This document shows, one piece after another, positions 45,087 through 54,845 of a stretch of 64,000 nucleotides of DNA (position 1 is its first letter; the number at the start of each line of letters is the position of its first letter). Location: sequence record DRR723986_618; one strand, given 5' to 3'. Made by a program: the position numbers and the translations under genes. The notes beneath the pieces are model-generated. The model saw only the letters and a program-made list of their open reading frames with translations, was not told the DNA's origin and searched no databases.

Positions 45087-48000
45087 TTAGTCACGTAAAT
45101 AGACCCCGCTATTCCCGTAGCCATCCACCACTGCCACCCGCACGATGTCCGCTCCAATATCCACGCTTGAGCGAGGCACCGCACGGCTATCGATCGTCCA
45201 GCGACCTGTTAGGTCTTCGGTATTGCCGAAACTGTCGACGGCAGTAATCGACGAAATTTTGCGAATTGGCGCGGCCTGATCTTCTCGGACAAAGGGGTCG
45301 ATAACACGGCGAGTATCAGGTAGCACGGGGTAGTTCAGCGTTAAGCTACCCTGCTCTTCCATCAGGGCGAGGTTTGTCGCAGGGCTGACCTCAAAAGCCA
45401 GCGAGGCCAGGTGGTAATCCTCCGCTGCTAGCGAGGGTGACAATGCTGAACCCGATACGACAAACCGGTAGTTTCCAGCCGGCCAGTCTAACGGTGCTTC
45501 GAAATCGACAAGCCAAATATGTCTACCGCTGCTCAAGCGGTACTTTAGCTGCATTTCAAAGAAGGTATTGAGGGCATCGCCATTCGCACGGGTAACCGGC
45601 TGCCATGCGCCGTTGCGCTCTACTTGCATCAGCACTGAGGGCGTACCTAGAACAGGATCCCCTCCCTCAAAAACAAACTCGGTTCGCTCAAACCGAGATA
45701 TGGATCGCGGTTGAGAAATACTGCTACCCGCTAGCATGCTGGGCAAGGCTTGCGCATTGACTTGCGAATCATAGTGCTGGCGGTAGTGCTCATAGCGCAC
45801 AACCAGCTCATCAATCGGCGCCGCGCTGCGGTCTCGAAGCGACTCGAGCAGCTCCACCGTTACATCAAGAAAGCGCTCGCCCTGCTTCCAGCCCCAAAAA
45901 GTCGTGGTAGATTCCGCGCCTCCCAATGTTGCCCAGTCCTCCTCTTCGGGCGGCAAGATATAGCCAATATGGTCACCGGCATAACCCCATATAAAGGTGT
46001 CGTCGTAGCGATAGCGTTCCCCACCTCCCACTTCAGCAGCCTCATCGAGTAATCGCAGGCCGTATTCAGTAAGCGGTTCACCCGGCTGCATCAACAGTGT
46101 CAGCTCGCCAACTTTTTGAGCGGCAATGATCGTGTCCTGCGGGTAAAACGAGGCGTTTTCGGCAACGCCATTGTCGGCGAGGTCGTAGGCATCTGGCGGC
46201 GGTGAAGGCAGACAATACGGAATCTGCTCGGGCAGGCCATTCCCCTCATAGCCCGGCACGTCTTTCAGACCAGCACCAACGAAGGGGACCGCAATGTCGT
46301 TGCCGCACTGCCCCGCACCCCAGGCGTAGGGAAACTCCTCAGGGCGATAACCCAGCCTGTCGCGATCAAGGATAATCCGCTTAGACACACTGCGAAGATC
46401 AGGGGATAGCTGGAACTGTTCAATGCTGTCGGCTATCACTTTTATTTGCGGAGCAAGCCGGCGCCCATAGCTTTCAATACGCTGCAGCTTATTGCGATGA
46501 ATATTACTGCGCGGACTGATATCGCCGGCCGCATTCTGCACCAACATCGCCAGTGGCAACGCCATCAGTTGCTCGGTTGCTCTTTCCACTGACGCCAGCA
46601 CATCCCCTGAGAAATATTGATTCTCCACGTCAAAAGCAATGCCGTGAGCCGCCCAATTGATAATTACCGCCATGGGCTCAGGCTCAGTGTTATCCAAGGC
46701 ATCGATGCGAATCACACCAAGACGGCGGCGAAGCGCTTGCAACCTATCCTCGTCGTAGCTGGGTAAACGCCCACGGCGAAAGCCGTTCATTCCCAGCGCT
46801 TCCTGAGCACTACCGTGGCCAATACGCGCCAAGCGCATATTGTCATCGTCCAATGCCGTCACCACTACCGTTGCCAATTGCGCAACGACTCGGCGGTAGA
46901 CTTCGTGCTGGTACAGATCCATCGCCAACCAAAAATAGCGTGCAGAGTGGTTAGCGAGTGCCCCAGGCCCATCGTGGCTGTGAGTCGCAGAGAGTACTAA
47001 GCCATCACCAAGCGCGATTCCCGTTTGCCGTTGCACTTCGGCTTTTACATCTTCGGCAAGTTCGTTAAGTGCGCCGATGAAATCGGTTTTCAAAAATACG
47101 ATGTAGTCGCGACCATCGTGCAGGGCAATGGCTTTGGCAACCAGTGAATCGTAGTAGCCTCGGCTCGGCGGCGAATAACTTGCGTAGGGTGAGTGAGCCG
47201 CACGCAACTCATCGGGCAAAGGCGCCAGAGGAGGACAGCTTTCAGGGTGGTCGGGCTCGCAGCCGTCAGCCATGTATGGAATGAAGTCGACCAGCTCATC
47301 AAAGAATGTTTGATAATCACCTGAGGCAAAGCCTTCGGCCCCGGGGATATAGTCGCCAGCAACAGGCGGCCTTAGGTAGCCACCTAGCGGAGTACCAACG
47401 GGAATATCAATCGCCACCTTGGCGATACCTGCACGCAGCGGCATAACCGAGTGAGCCTGCGGCTGCGCTTTGGCCTGTGGCTGCGGCTGCTCGAGCCCCG
47501 CCTCAGCCCCCACAGCCATCATCACTTGGCGCAGCGCATTGGCTGAATTTTCTTGCAGGCCAGCTAATACCGCATCTCCCGCCTTTTGGAACTCGCCATC
47601 GCGCATTTGCTCAACGGCCGCGCTGAAAGCGCGGGTATCGATAGGCAAAGTCTCACCGCCAACTACCACTGGTTCGCCGACAATAGTCACGGGGGCAGGT
47701 AACGGTGGGCAGCCTGCCGGCCCCCGTACCTCCCGCGCTATCCACGTATCGAGTAGCTGTCCTTGGCTATGTAGAAAGTGCGATTTTTGACATTTTGCAT
47801 GGGGCGCCGCACGAGGGTAGCCATGGGGGTCGAAATCATCCCCCCTGGGCGCGACATTACCGATAGGCGGGCTTTGTGTTTTCCCTTCATCGAGCTCAAT
47901 AAAACCAGACTTACTGCTGCGGCAAGCTCCCTGGCAACTGCCGCTGTCGTAACCCTCGCCATCTCGCCCAGCGAGCGCCAAGCCCCAAAATGCATCGACG

Positions 48001-51000
48001 TCTGGGTCGCGCTCTGCAAAGAACGCCTCTCGAGAGGCAAAGGTATATGTTGCGTTGTCGCCTGGGCGACGCGGGTAAATATCAGCGACCTCAACGCCAA
48101 TGGTTCGCGCCATCACCTGGGCGCTCCAGTGGGTAACTTGGTGGTCCGCAAAAGCCGGTTGCAGCAGGACTTGATTGTCAGGCCCATTCAAGGCGCTATT
48201 GTCGGCGATATGGTGGGCATACCCATTATTTTCAGACCGATCCCATAGCATCTGGATGAGTGCAAACCCTAAGTCGCGATCCAAGTCATCCTGGTAGGAG
48301 AGATAGAGAGGCGTAGCGTAGGACGGCAAGCCACCCGGCTCGTATTCTGCGTCAAAATCAACGCTGCGCCTCAGCAGGGTTGAGTAGTTCATGCCGACGA
48401 CACCAAATACTCCGCGTTGCACATCCTTGGACATTGCAACGATCGGCCCTCCGGTGATCCCGCCTTGCGAGTTGCCGTCGTAGAAGATCTCTCTATGGTC
48501 GAAAACAGGCCGGCCCTTGGCATCCTGAAATAGGGCCTCTGCCGCAAAACCAGCCGGGTGACGCATTGCCCTGGCAAGGAATAGAAAATTCAACAGCCCC
48601 TGTTGGGAAGCATCTGGGATCACCGCAAAATTGGATAAATCTACCAGCGCCGCCAAAACATTAGGAACATCCCCTGTCGAGAAGCCGAACAGGTCGACAC
48701 CACAAAACAGGAAATTGTATTCACGACTGAAATTCGGCACATGATCGTATGTCACCGCTTGGTGGCCGTCCAATAAGCCATGGCCGTATATCCCACCCCT
48801 TGCTGGGTTTTCCGAGCTGGCTTGCTCAGGGATTTGACAGGTAAATCGCGTGGTCATTTCACCGAGACTGTCGGGTAAGCCATCCCCGTAGCTCGCCCCG
48901 GCGGCGTCGAAGGCGGGCGCATCGAGCGGGTCAAAGTACAGTCGGTTGGGCTGCACTGAGCCACCATCTGCAATACCCACTCCCTCAAACAAGGTCTCGC
49001 AAGCTTCGCGCATTTCCTCCGGGAGCTGCACACACAATTGCTCGGCATAGATGCTGAGCTGGTCCAGTGGTGCGGGATCGGTGGGAATAACAAAACTCGG
49101 CACGGTGATCGTGCCCTCGATACGCCTAGCAATCCCTTCTCTGGGATTCTCCGTCACTTTGTCGATCGTGTAATCTGGCGCTCGACCTAAATCGGTGATG
49201 TTCCCCTGGGCGTCTTCGAGCTGACCGAGCTGTTTAAATGCTTCATCACGCATATGGCGTAATCTGCCCACATTGTTTTCCGCACTGGCAACGGTAAAGT
49301 CCCACGCTAGGTACAGCTCATCATCGATACCTACCCCTGCTTGCAGCAAAACGGGACGGACGTTTTCATCCCACTGCTGACACCGCGCTGACAACACTGG
49401 AACGCCAGCGGCTTTACTATCTCGACAGGCCCGGAAAGAGGCTTGTGCCCTGAGATAGGGGTCGCCGTTTTGCTGGCTTGGCAAGCGTTTCAAAACAACG
49501 ACATATCTCTGCCCTTCATCAAAATTCCGTGCGGGCCGGATGAGCAGCGCCGCCCGTCTTTCTGCCAAGGGGCTGCTATTTTCCACACCCTCACTGGGTA
49601 GCAGTAAGCCGGCGTTCAAATCCACCTCTGCCCACACCGGGTGCAGTTCGCCACTATCAGCATTGATTACCAATACAGAAGACTGATCGACCTCCAGTGA
49701 CTCAGACAAATGCGTTAGTCGAGGCGCACCGGGTACCGTGCCATCGTCATTGCTTTGCAGGTTCGGCACGTATGTCATGATCATTTGCCCTGGCGAGAAA
49801 CCATCGTTTCGGTTCCATTCCCTCGGGTCAATCGGCTTTCCAGCGATATTCCTCGGCATTGCGAGAGGATTGAAGTCCACTCTGCGCCCACTACCACCAC
49901 GGGAAACGGATTGCGGGCTGCCATTGCTGGCGGGGACAGTAAAATGATCGCTTGGGAAAGGAAACAAACAGTGGGCGGGATCAAGCAGATCACAGCCCCG
50001 CGCGGTGGCCTCAATCAGTTCGCCAATAGCAGGCAGGTCATCATTATTATTGCTACCTCCACTGCCGAAAGCCGCACATACACCGGGGGCTAATCCGCTA
50101 TCAATACAGCTGTCATAAATAGGTATCTCCGGGTCTATCTGGCTGCAAAGCGGTTCGGCATCAGCACCGCCTTGCTCGCGACAGCGCGCAGCGTATTCGC
50201 GCTGAATATAGTCGACTCGAAACCCGGCCATACTCAGTAAACAACGCTCGGAGTCGGCCCCCTCAGTTGAACACGCCGCTAAATATGGCGGTAAATATGC
50301 ATCGGCTTGGTCCACCTTATCAAATAGCGGCAGGTAGCCCTGCATTCGCAGTAGCGGCGCCGTGAGTGGCCCCAGGGACACGAACTCCTCATAGCCAGTG
50401 AATGCTACCAACATACCGGCGTCACCCGAGGCATCCACATAACTGAACTCTTCTTCGGGGATAATATAGCCAAAGCTATTTTGCGTGAGCCCGAGCAGCA
50501 TAGTGTGCGCATTTTGCGACGCCAGAGAGCGAATAAATTCGCCAAATGTTCCGGTTGTTTCACCTGGAATCGTGACAATCTCCAGGCCACTCTCCTCACC
50601 ACCCAAGGTAATTCGAGTGACATCGGTCGTGGCGTAGGGCGTTGCCTGCGGCAGGTATTGAGCTTGCGCCCCAAGCTCTGGCGGCAGCTGCTCATTTACA
50701 CCAGTGAAATCATAATACTGGTTAAAAGCGCCCAGCCCGCCTGCTGCGACAAAAACCGGATTGGTAACTGGCAGCACGACTTGCTGACTTTGCACACGCA
50801 AGCCGCTGCGAATTTCTCGAATGGCCTCGTCGCCCTGTACCGCAGCGGCCATGCCCTCTCCTCGACAGTGAACGCGACCATAGTCTGGCGATGCATCGCC
50901 ATAGCCCTGTGGCTCACATCCGGGGCGGCTGCCCGACGCCGAAGCATCGGCAATCGGGCCATTGAAATACAGCGCGGTACCGCCCTCTTTTTCCAGCCAA

Positions 51001-53303
51001 TCCGTCACTCCGAGGGGGTAGTCGGGATGGGGAATACGAGGGTCTTCATTGATAGCAGTCGGATGGGCATTGAACTGCATAAGATAGCCAATATTTTCAC
51101 CGCTGCGCGCATCGATCGCCGTCAATAGGGTGGCAAGGGTGTCGCTATCAATGTCTGGATCCGTCTGCTTGGGACGGCGGTAATTATTAAACTCTGCAAG
51201 TTCTGCCGTCTTCACTGTCACAGCAACTTCTGTCGCGGCTTGTTTGGCTTCCTGCGCCGCCAGTGACGCCTGTCGGTACAAGGTATTGTGAATCCAGTCC
51301 TTGGGCACACCGCCCCACAGGCCTTGAAGATCTGCACCCGCATGGCTATGCGTCTGGCCGAATACGACATTGTCCTCAGATATACCAGACGCTTTTGCGA
51401 CCGCCTCGCGCATTTCCTGTTGAATGATATTCCCAGCGCCGACTGCATCAACAACCACAAACATCACTTGCTCGGCAGCATTTTCACCCTCTGCGGGCTG
51501 CTCGATATACATGGCGCGCACCCAGCTGCGCTCAACACATTGCGAGGTGTCAAAGGTCTCGGGGTCGTAGCGACTCTGTTCAGACAACAAGCATGGCTGC
51601 TCTGCTGGTGCTGTAAGGCTTTCCCCAAACCCACCAAAGGGATCAGGTTGATTCTGCAGTGGGTTAATACCAAAGCCGCCGAGATTAAACTTCTGTAGAT
51701 GCCGCGTTTCCCCCAACCGAGGTTCATCAATGCCTGCAATGTGTTCAACACTCGGATCAATAGCCTGCTTCGAGGCGCCAATGCGCAACCGCCCGCGGAG
51801 GAAGTCATCGTCATAGATGGTTGCTGTCGCTTCAGCGACATCGACCCTTGCAAATTCTGCGCGACTAACCGTTACCCTAAAGCGCTCATGCTCTTCCAAT
51901 ACCTCGTCATTAACGACCGGCACCGCAGCGACGTAGTCGGTCACTCCCACTGGGATCTCAACATTCTGCGGGGCATGCGCAAAATCACTGTCCGAGGTTG
52001 TGATATCAGTGAAAACCAGCTCGACAACCACTCGGACAGGGCTTGCCTGACTTAAGTGCAACGGCAGCAAAAGTGCACCGCTGTTTTCATCAGCCGCAGC
52101 ATCATCAATGCTCAACCTAGGCCTTTGGCTTTCGGAGCACCCCTGCAGGAGTTCGCCGTCATCATCGGGTGTTGCAGGGCATACATCTAGCTCATCGGCG
52201 GTGCCGTCGTTGTCGTCATCGGAGTCAGCGTTGTCACCGATACCGTCGCCATCGGCATCACCGGTCTCTTGCGGATTATTGGGAAATGCATCATCGGCAT
52301 TGTGAACACCGTCGCCGTCACGGTCGTCATCGCTATTGTCGCCTACCCCGTCACCATCCAGGTCGGCAGACTCAGTAGCATCTAGGGGAAACTGGTCATT
52401 GCCGTCAGCAACACCGTCACCATCAGTATCCGCATCATTCGGGCGGGTGCCGATAGCGGCCTCTTCTTCATCGCTTAGGCCATCATTATCGTCATCGCTG
52501 TCACACACATCGCCATGACCATCATCGTCATTGTCTTGCTGCGAACCATTAGATAAAGATGGGCAATTATCCCGTGCATCGGGGACACCATCCCCGTCGC
52601 GATCAACTCTTGCCGCTTCATTGCTACAACCAAATTCATCCACGGAGATACCAAACCCAGTGCGGGGGCAACGGTCGCGATAATCACTTATGCCATCGGC
52701 ATCACTGTCAGCACCGGCATCACCATTGTATTGACCATCAGCTATGTCCCGCTCGGTGAGCGCTAAATGTCGCCGGGCGAGCTCTTCAGAAACCAACTCT
52801 CGCACTCCGTTGCCATTGGCAGTTCGCGCCCAGCTGGCAACCGACGTGGAGTGGAAATCGCTACGTTTAAAATCTGAGGGGTCAGCGGTCAAATCAGCCG
52901 CGCCATCGCGTACTCGCTGCGAAATGTAGATGCCATTCTCGGGAATACCATCGGCGTCCAACGTGAGGAAAAACCGCGCAAAATTCACCGCTGAGATATC
53001 ATCTCCAGCGCTCAATGCAAGCATGCTAATGATCGGTGCTCCGCGGACACTACCCAAAGAAATTCCGCCGATGCGAAAGTGGATCACCTCTTGCTTGAAA
53101 TACAGAAACCCGCCGCTGCTGTCAGTCAAGGATTCCCGATCATCAGAGGAACGCCGATACAGTACTCCGCCCACTGGAGAGTCAACCAACTGACCATAGA
53201 GTTCACTTTCGGGCGCCGAAGAGCGGCCACCGCCCCCGCCACCACAGGCAAACATAAAGAAAGAAACGACGGTCAGTAGACCAACTCGGCAAACAACGCG
53301 CAT
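45087..53303 (-). CDS. Giant lipoprotein: N-terminal module, thrombospondin type-3 repeats, Calx-beta, neutral-ceramidase-like domain, alpha/beta hydrolase-like domain, second neutral-ceramidase-like domain
   Basis: RBS GGAGG; lipobox MFAC-GGGGGG; DxDxDG repeats; THSHAG/FNAH/PGE/GY and THSHDG/WAAH/GDISP/PGE/GY sets; HGLL and GNSQGG in the middle. Confidence 0.85.
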   Translation of the reverse strand: MRVVCRVGLLTVVSFFMFACGGGGGGRSSAPESELYGQLVDSPVGGVLYRRSSDDRESLTDSSGGFLYFKQEVIHFRIGGISLGSVRGAPIISMLALSAGDDISAVNFARFFLTLDADGIPENGIYISQRVRDGAADLTADPSDFKRSDFHSTSVASWARTANGNGVRELVSEELARRHLALTERDIADGQYNGDAGADSDADGISDYRDRCPRTGFGISVDEFGCSNEAARVDRDGDGVPDARDNCPSLSNGSQQDNDDDGHGDVCDSDDDNDGLSDEEEAAIGTRPNDADTDGDGVADGNDQFPLDATESADLDGDGVGDNSDDDRDGDGVHNADDAFPNNPQETGDADGDGIGDNADSDDDNDGTADELDVCPATPDDDGELLQGCSESQRPRLSIDDAAADENSGALLLPLHLSQASPVRVVVELVFTDITTSDSDFAHAPQNVEIPVGVTDYVAAVPVVNDEVLEEHERFRVTVSRAEFARVDVAEATATIYDDDFLRGRLRIGASKQAIDPSVEHIAGIDEPRLGETRHLQKFNLGGFGINPLQNQPDPFGGFGESLTAPAEQPCLLSEQSRYDPETFDTSQCVERSWVRAMYIEQPAEGENAAEQVMFVVVDAVGAGNIIQQEMREAVAKASGISEDNVVFGQTHSHAGADLQGLWGGVPKDWIHNTLYRQASLAAQEAKQAATEVAVTVKTAELAEFNNYRRPKQTDPDIDSDTLATLLTAIDARSGENIGYLMQFNAHPTAINEDPRIPHPDYPLGVTDWLEKEGGTALYFNGPIADASASGSRPGCEPQGYGDASPDYGRVHCRGEGMAAAVQGDEAIREIRSGLRVQSQQVVLPVTNPVFVAAGGLGAFNQYYDFTGVNEQLPPELGAQAQYLPQATPYATTDVTRITLGGEESGLEIVTIPGETTGTFGEFIRSLASQNAHTMLLGLTQNSFGYIIPEEEFSYVDASGDAGMLVAFTGYEEFVSLGPLTAPLLRMQGYLPLFDKVDQADAYLPPYLAACSTEGADSERCLLSMAGFRVDYIQREYAARCREQGGADAEPLCSQIDPEIPIYDSCIDSGLAPGVCAAFGSGGSNNNDDLPAIGELIEATARGCDLLDPAHCLFPFPSDHFTVPASNGSPQSVSRGGSGRRVDFNPLAMPRNIAGKPIDPREWNRNDGFSPGQMIMTYVPNLQSNDDGTVPGAPRLTHLSESLEVDQSSVLVINADSGELHPVWAEVDLNAGLLLPSEGVENSSPLAERRAALLIRPARNFDEGQRYVVVLKRLPSQQNGDPYLRAQASFRACRDSKAAGVPVLSARCQQWDENVRPVLLQAGVGIDDELYLAWDFTVASAENNVGRLRHMRDEAFKQLGQLEDAQGNITDLGRAPDYTIDKVTENPREGIARRIEGTITVPSFVIPTDPAPLDQLSIYAEQLCVQLPEEMREACETLFEGVGIADGGSVQPNRLYFDPLDAPAFDAAGASYGDGLPDSLGEMTTRFTCQIPEQASSENPARGGIYGHGLLDGHQAVTYDHVPNFSREYNFLFCGVDLFGFSTGDVPNVLAALVDLSNFAVIPDASQQGLLNFLFLARAMRHPAGFAAEALFQDAKGRPVFDHREIFYDGNSQGGITGGPIVAMSKDVQRGVFGVVGMNYSTLLRRSVDFDAEYEPGGLPSYATPLYLSYQDDLDRDLGFALIQMLWDRSENNGYAHHIADNSALNGPDNQVLLQPAFADHQVTHWSAQVMARTIGVEVADIYPRRPGDNATYTFASREAFFAERDPDVDAFWGLALAGRDGEGYDSGSCQGACRSSKSGFIELDEGKTQSPPIGNVAPRGDDFDPHGYPRAAPHAKCQKSHFLHSQGQLLDTWIAREVRGPAGCPPLPAPVTIVGEPVVVGGETLPIDTRAFSAAVEQMRDGEFQKAGDAVLAGLQENSANALRQVMMAVGAEAGLEQPQPQAKAQPQAHSVMPLRAGIAKVAIDIPVGTPLGGYLRPPVAGDYIPGAEGFASGDYQTFFDELVDFIPYMADGCEPDHPESCPPLAPLPDELRAAHSPYASYSPPSRGYYDSLVAKAIALHDGRDYIVFLKTDFIGALNELAEDVKAEVQRQTGIALGDGLVLSATHSHDGPGALANHSARYFWLAMDLYQHEVYRRVVAQLATVVVTALDDDNMRLARIGHGSAQEALGMNGFRRGRLPSYDEDRLQALRRRLGVIRIDALDNTEPEPMAVIINWAAHGIAFDVENQYFSGDVLASVERATEQLMALPLAMLVQNAAGDISPRSNIHRNKLQRIESYGRRLAPQIKVIADSIEQFQLSPDLRSVSKRIILDRDRLGYRPEEFPYAWGAGQCGNDIAVPFVGAGLKDVPGYEGNGLPEQIPYCLPSPPPDAYDLADNGVAENASFYPQDTIIAAQKVGELTLLMQPGEPLTEYGLRLLDEAAEVGGGERYRYDDTFIWGYAGDHIGYILPPEEEDWATLGGAESTTTFWGWKQGERFLDVTVELLESLRDRSAAPIDELVVRYEHYRQHYDSQVNAQALPSMLAGSSISQPRSISRFERTEFVFEGGDPVLGTPSVLMQVERNGAWQPVTRANGDALNTFFEMQLKYRLSSGRHIWLVDFEAPLDWPAGNYRFVVSGSALSPSLAAEDYHLASLAFEVSPATNLALMEEQGSLTLNYPVLPDTRRVIDPFVREDQAAPIRKISSITAVDSFGNTEDLTGRWTIDSRAVPRSSVDIGADIVRVAVVDGYGNSGVYLRD
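52150..52715 (-). repeat. Thrombospondin type-3-like Ca-binding repeats inside the giant gene
   Basis: About ten DxDxDG(V/I)xDxxD units (DSDADGISD, DRDGDGVPD, DTDGDGVAD, DLDGDGVGD, DADGDGIGD etc.); coordinates approximate. Confidence 0.85.
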
Positions 53304-53651
53304 TACGGCACCTCCTTGGCAATGCAACACGGGTTCTTCTGCCTAGGTATTTGAGGCTGGACCACGATGAGGGCGTAGTGACGGTCGTTCCACGTGTTGC
53401 GATATAGCTCTCTCAAACGCGGGCGCTGGAGAGCACTTTTTTTATTAGGAATAAGGAAGTTACTGGCTACAACAGAGGTGGCACAAGCGCATCGGTGACA
53501 ACGCGCAAATACACAACTTATAAAAAATAGGAACTAATTGATAAAATTCAAAAACTTAACGGCGAGCACCCCAAATGCACAAAAACCAACAGAGGAGCAT
53601 TAGTGGCGATTGGTTCAAATAATCAAACTAGCAGACTTAGTGGCGCGGCGC

Positions 53652-54122
53652 TTATCTGGCCGTGTAATCTTGACTAACTGCCCGCCCATCACCATTCGCT
53701 TGCAGATAGCGCTGACTATCCACCCACCCCTTCTCGGTATAAAAACCCCAGTCGCGGATTTTCGGTCCGGTCAAAAACACTGTGACGCTATCGGCTGAAA
53801 GCAGGTCCAAACGATGCGGCGCGCGAGACATTCTGGCGGTGACCGAGCCGGGCTCTAGCACACGTGTCTTGCTGGGAAGGGTCTCAGATATGCGCCCTCG
53901 CAACACGACTGAGATATTAAATAGCCAGGGGTGGTCGTGGAGATGACTGTCGGGATCATCTTCTTGGACATGGTGAAGGTATACATTGAACAAGCGGTTT
54001 TTAGGCAGCAGGTGCCAGCGCGTCAGGTAGCGCTCACCAATGCGCTTTGAAGGAGGTGTGTCCATACGGCGCTCAGCTCGTCGCTGCATGGCGGAGAGTA
54101 ATGCTTGAGGTAACTTCATCAA
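53652..54122 (-). CDS. Hypothetical cupin-like protein
   Basis: YLTRW, YLHH, LHDHPW, HR, TVFLTGP..RDWGF; His pattern compatible with metal-binding cupin fold. Confidence 0.75.
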   Translation of the reverse strand: MMKLPQALLSAMQRRAERRMDTPPSKRIGERYLTRWHLLPKNRLFNVYLHHVQEDDPDSHLHDHPWLFNISVVLRGRISETLPSKTRVLEPGSVTARMSRAPHRLDLLSADSVTVFLTGPKIRDWGFYTEKGWVDSQRYLQANGDGRAVSQDYTAR

Positions 54123-54177
54123 CTGCAGGCCAGTATACGGTCAATCACGAGAGCAAATTATAACAGCCGCCGGGGCA

Positions 54178-54750
54178 TCAGACATTGTCCAGCGCTTGCA
54201 GCAAGGGTTGAAGTGCTGCACTGCTATCGTAGTCACTGCGCTCCCCGCGCATTAGCGCTGCTTCGGTCAACGCGGCCAGCAGCATTCTGGCGTAGAGTTC
54301 TCTATCGCTGTCGGACAGCTCACGCTCCGGCCACATCTCGTCAAGACGTCGCTGGGCCTCCAGCACCACAGCACTGCGGCGCAGTCGTTCGCGACCAAGA
54401 ATGTGGGGCGCGTCCAACAGCACGACCTGTACAAAGCCCGGCTGGTCGCAGAGAGCCATAAAACGCTGCCATGATTCTGCCAGCCCGGCGTCGCCGCCAT
54501 TTTCCGACGGCGCCTGAAGCGTCGCGAGCAGTTCTGCCTCGTAAGACTCGGTGACCGCTTCGAAGAGGGCTTCCTTGTTGCCAAAGTAGTGATAGATGGG
54601 TCGGATGGTTGTTCCGGCCTCTCGGGCAATATCCTCCAACGCTGTGGTGGAATAGCCTTTTTCACCGAATTGTTGACGAGCACAGGCCAGGACTTTTGAC
54701 TGGGTTTCTTCCCGTCGCTGGGCCTGCGTGCGGCGCTGTTTTTGAACCAA
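54178..54750 (-). CDS. TetR/AcrR family regulator
   Basis: FGEKGYSTTALEDIAREAG...IYHYFGNKEALF HTH. Confidence 0.93.
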   Translation of the reverse strand: MVQKQRRTQAQRREETQSKVLACARQQFGEKGYSTTALEDIAREAGTTIRPIYHYFGNKEALFEAVTESYEAELLATLQAPSENGGDAGLAESWQRFMALCDQPGFVQVVLLDAPHILGRERLRRSAVVLEAQRRLDEMWPERELSDSDRELYARMLLAALTEAALMRGERSDYDSSAALQPLLQALDNV

Positions 54751-54803
54751 TACTCTACCCTCTTAATAGCGGAGCACAGTGTAACTTGCTTTTTGCAAAG
54801 ATG

Positions 54804-54824
54804 ATATGTAGCGTTATTACATAT
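54804..54824. promoter_or_regulatory. Putative TetR operator
   Basis: Perfect inverted repeat ATATGTA-N7-TACATAT between divergent TetR and OYE genes, overlapping a TATAAT. Confidence 0.65.
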
Positions 54825-54845
54825 AATTATTTGATCGAGTCTACC

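Noticed and set aside
52150-52715. Repetitive (C/G)TCATC-rich DNA as a possible CRISPR or tandem array
   Set aside because: Explained by Asp-rich protein repeats; no constant repeat-spacer structure
53304-53651. Long leader of the giant gene, with hairpin GCTCTC...GAGAGC plus T run, as a riboswitch or terminator
   Set aside because: T run is on the non-coding strand; no riboswitch consensus recognised (an Rfam scan would be needed)
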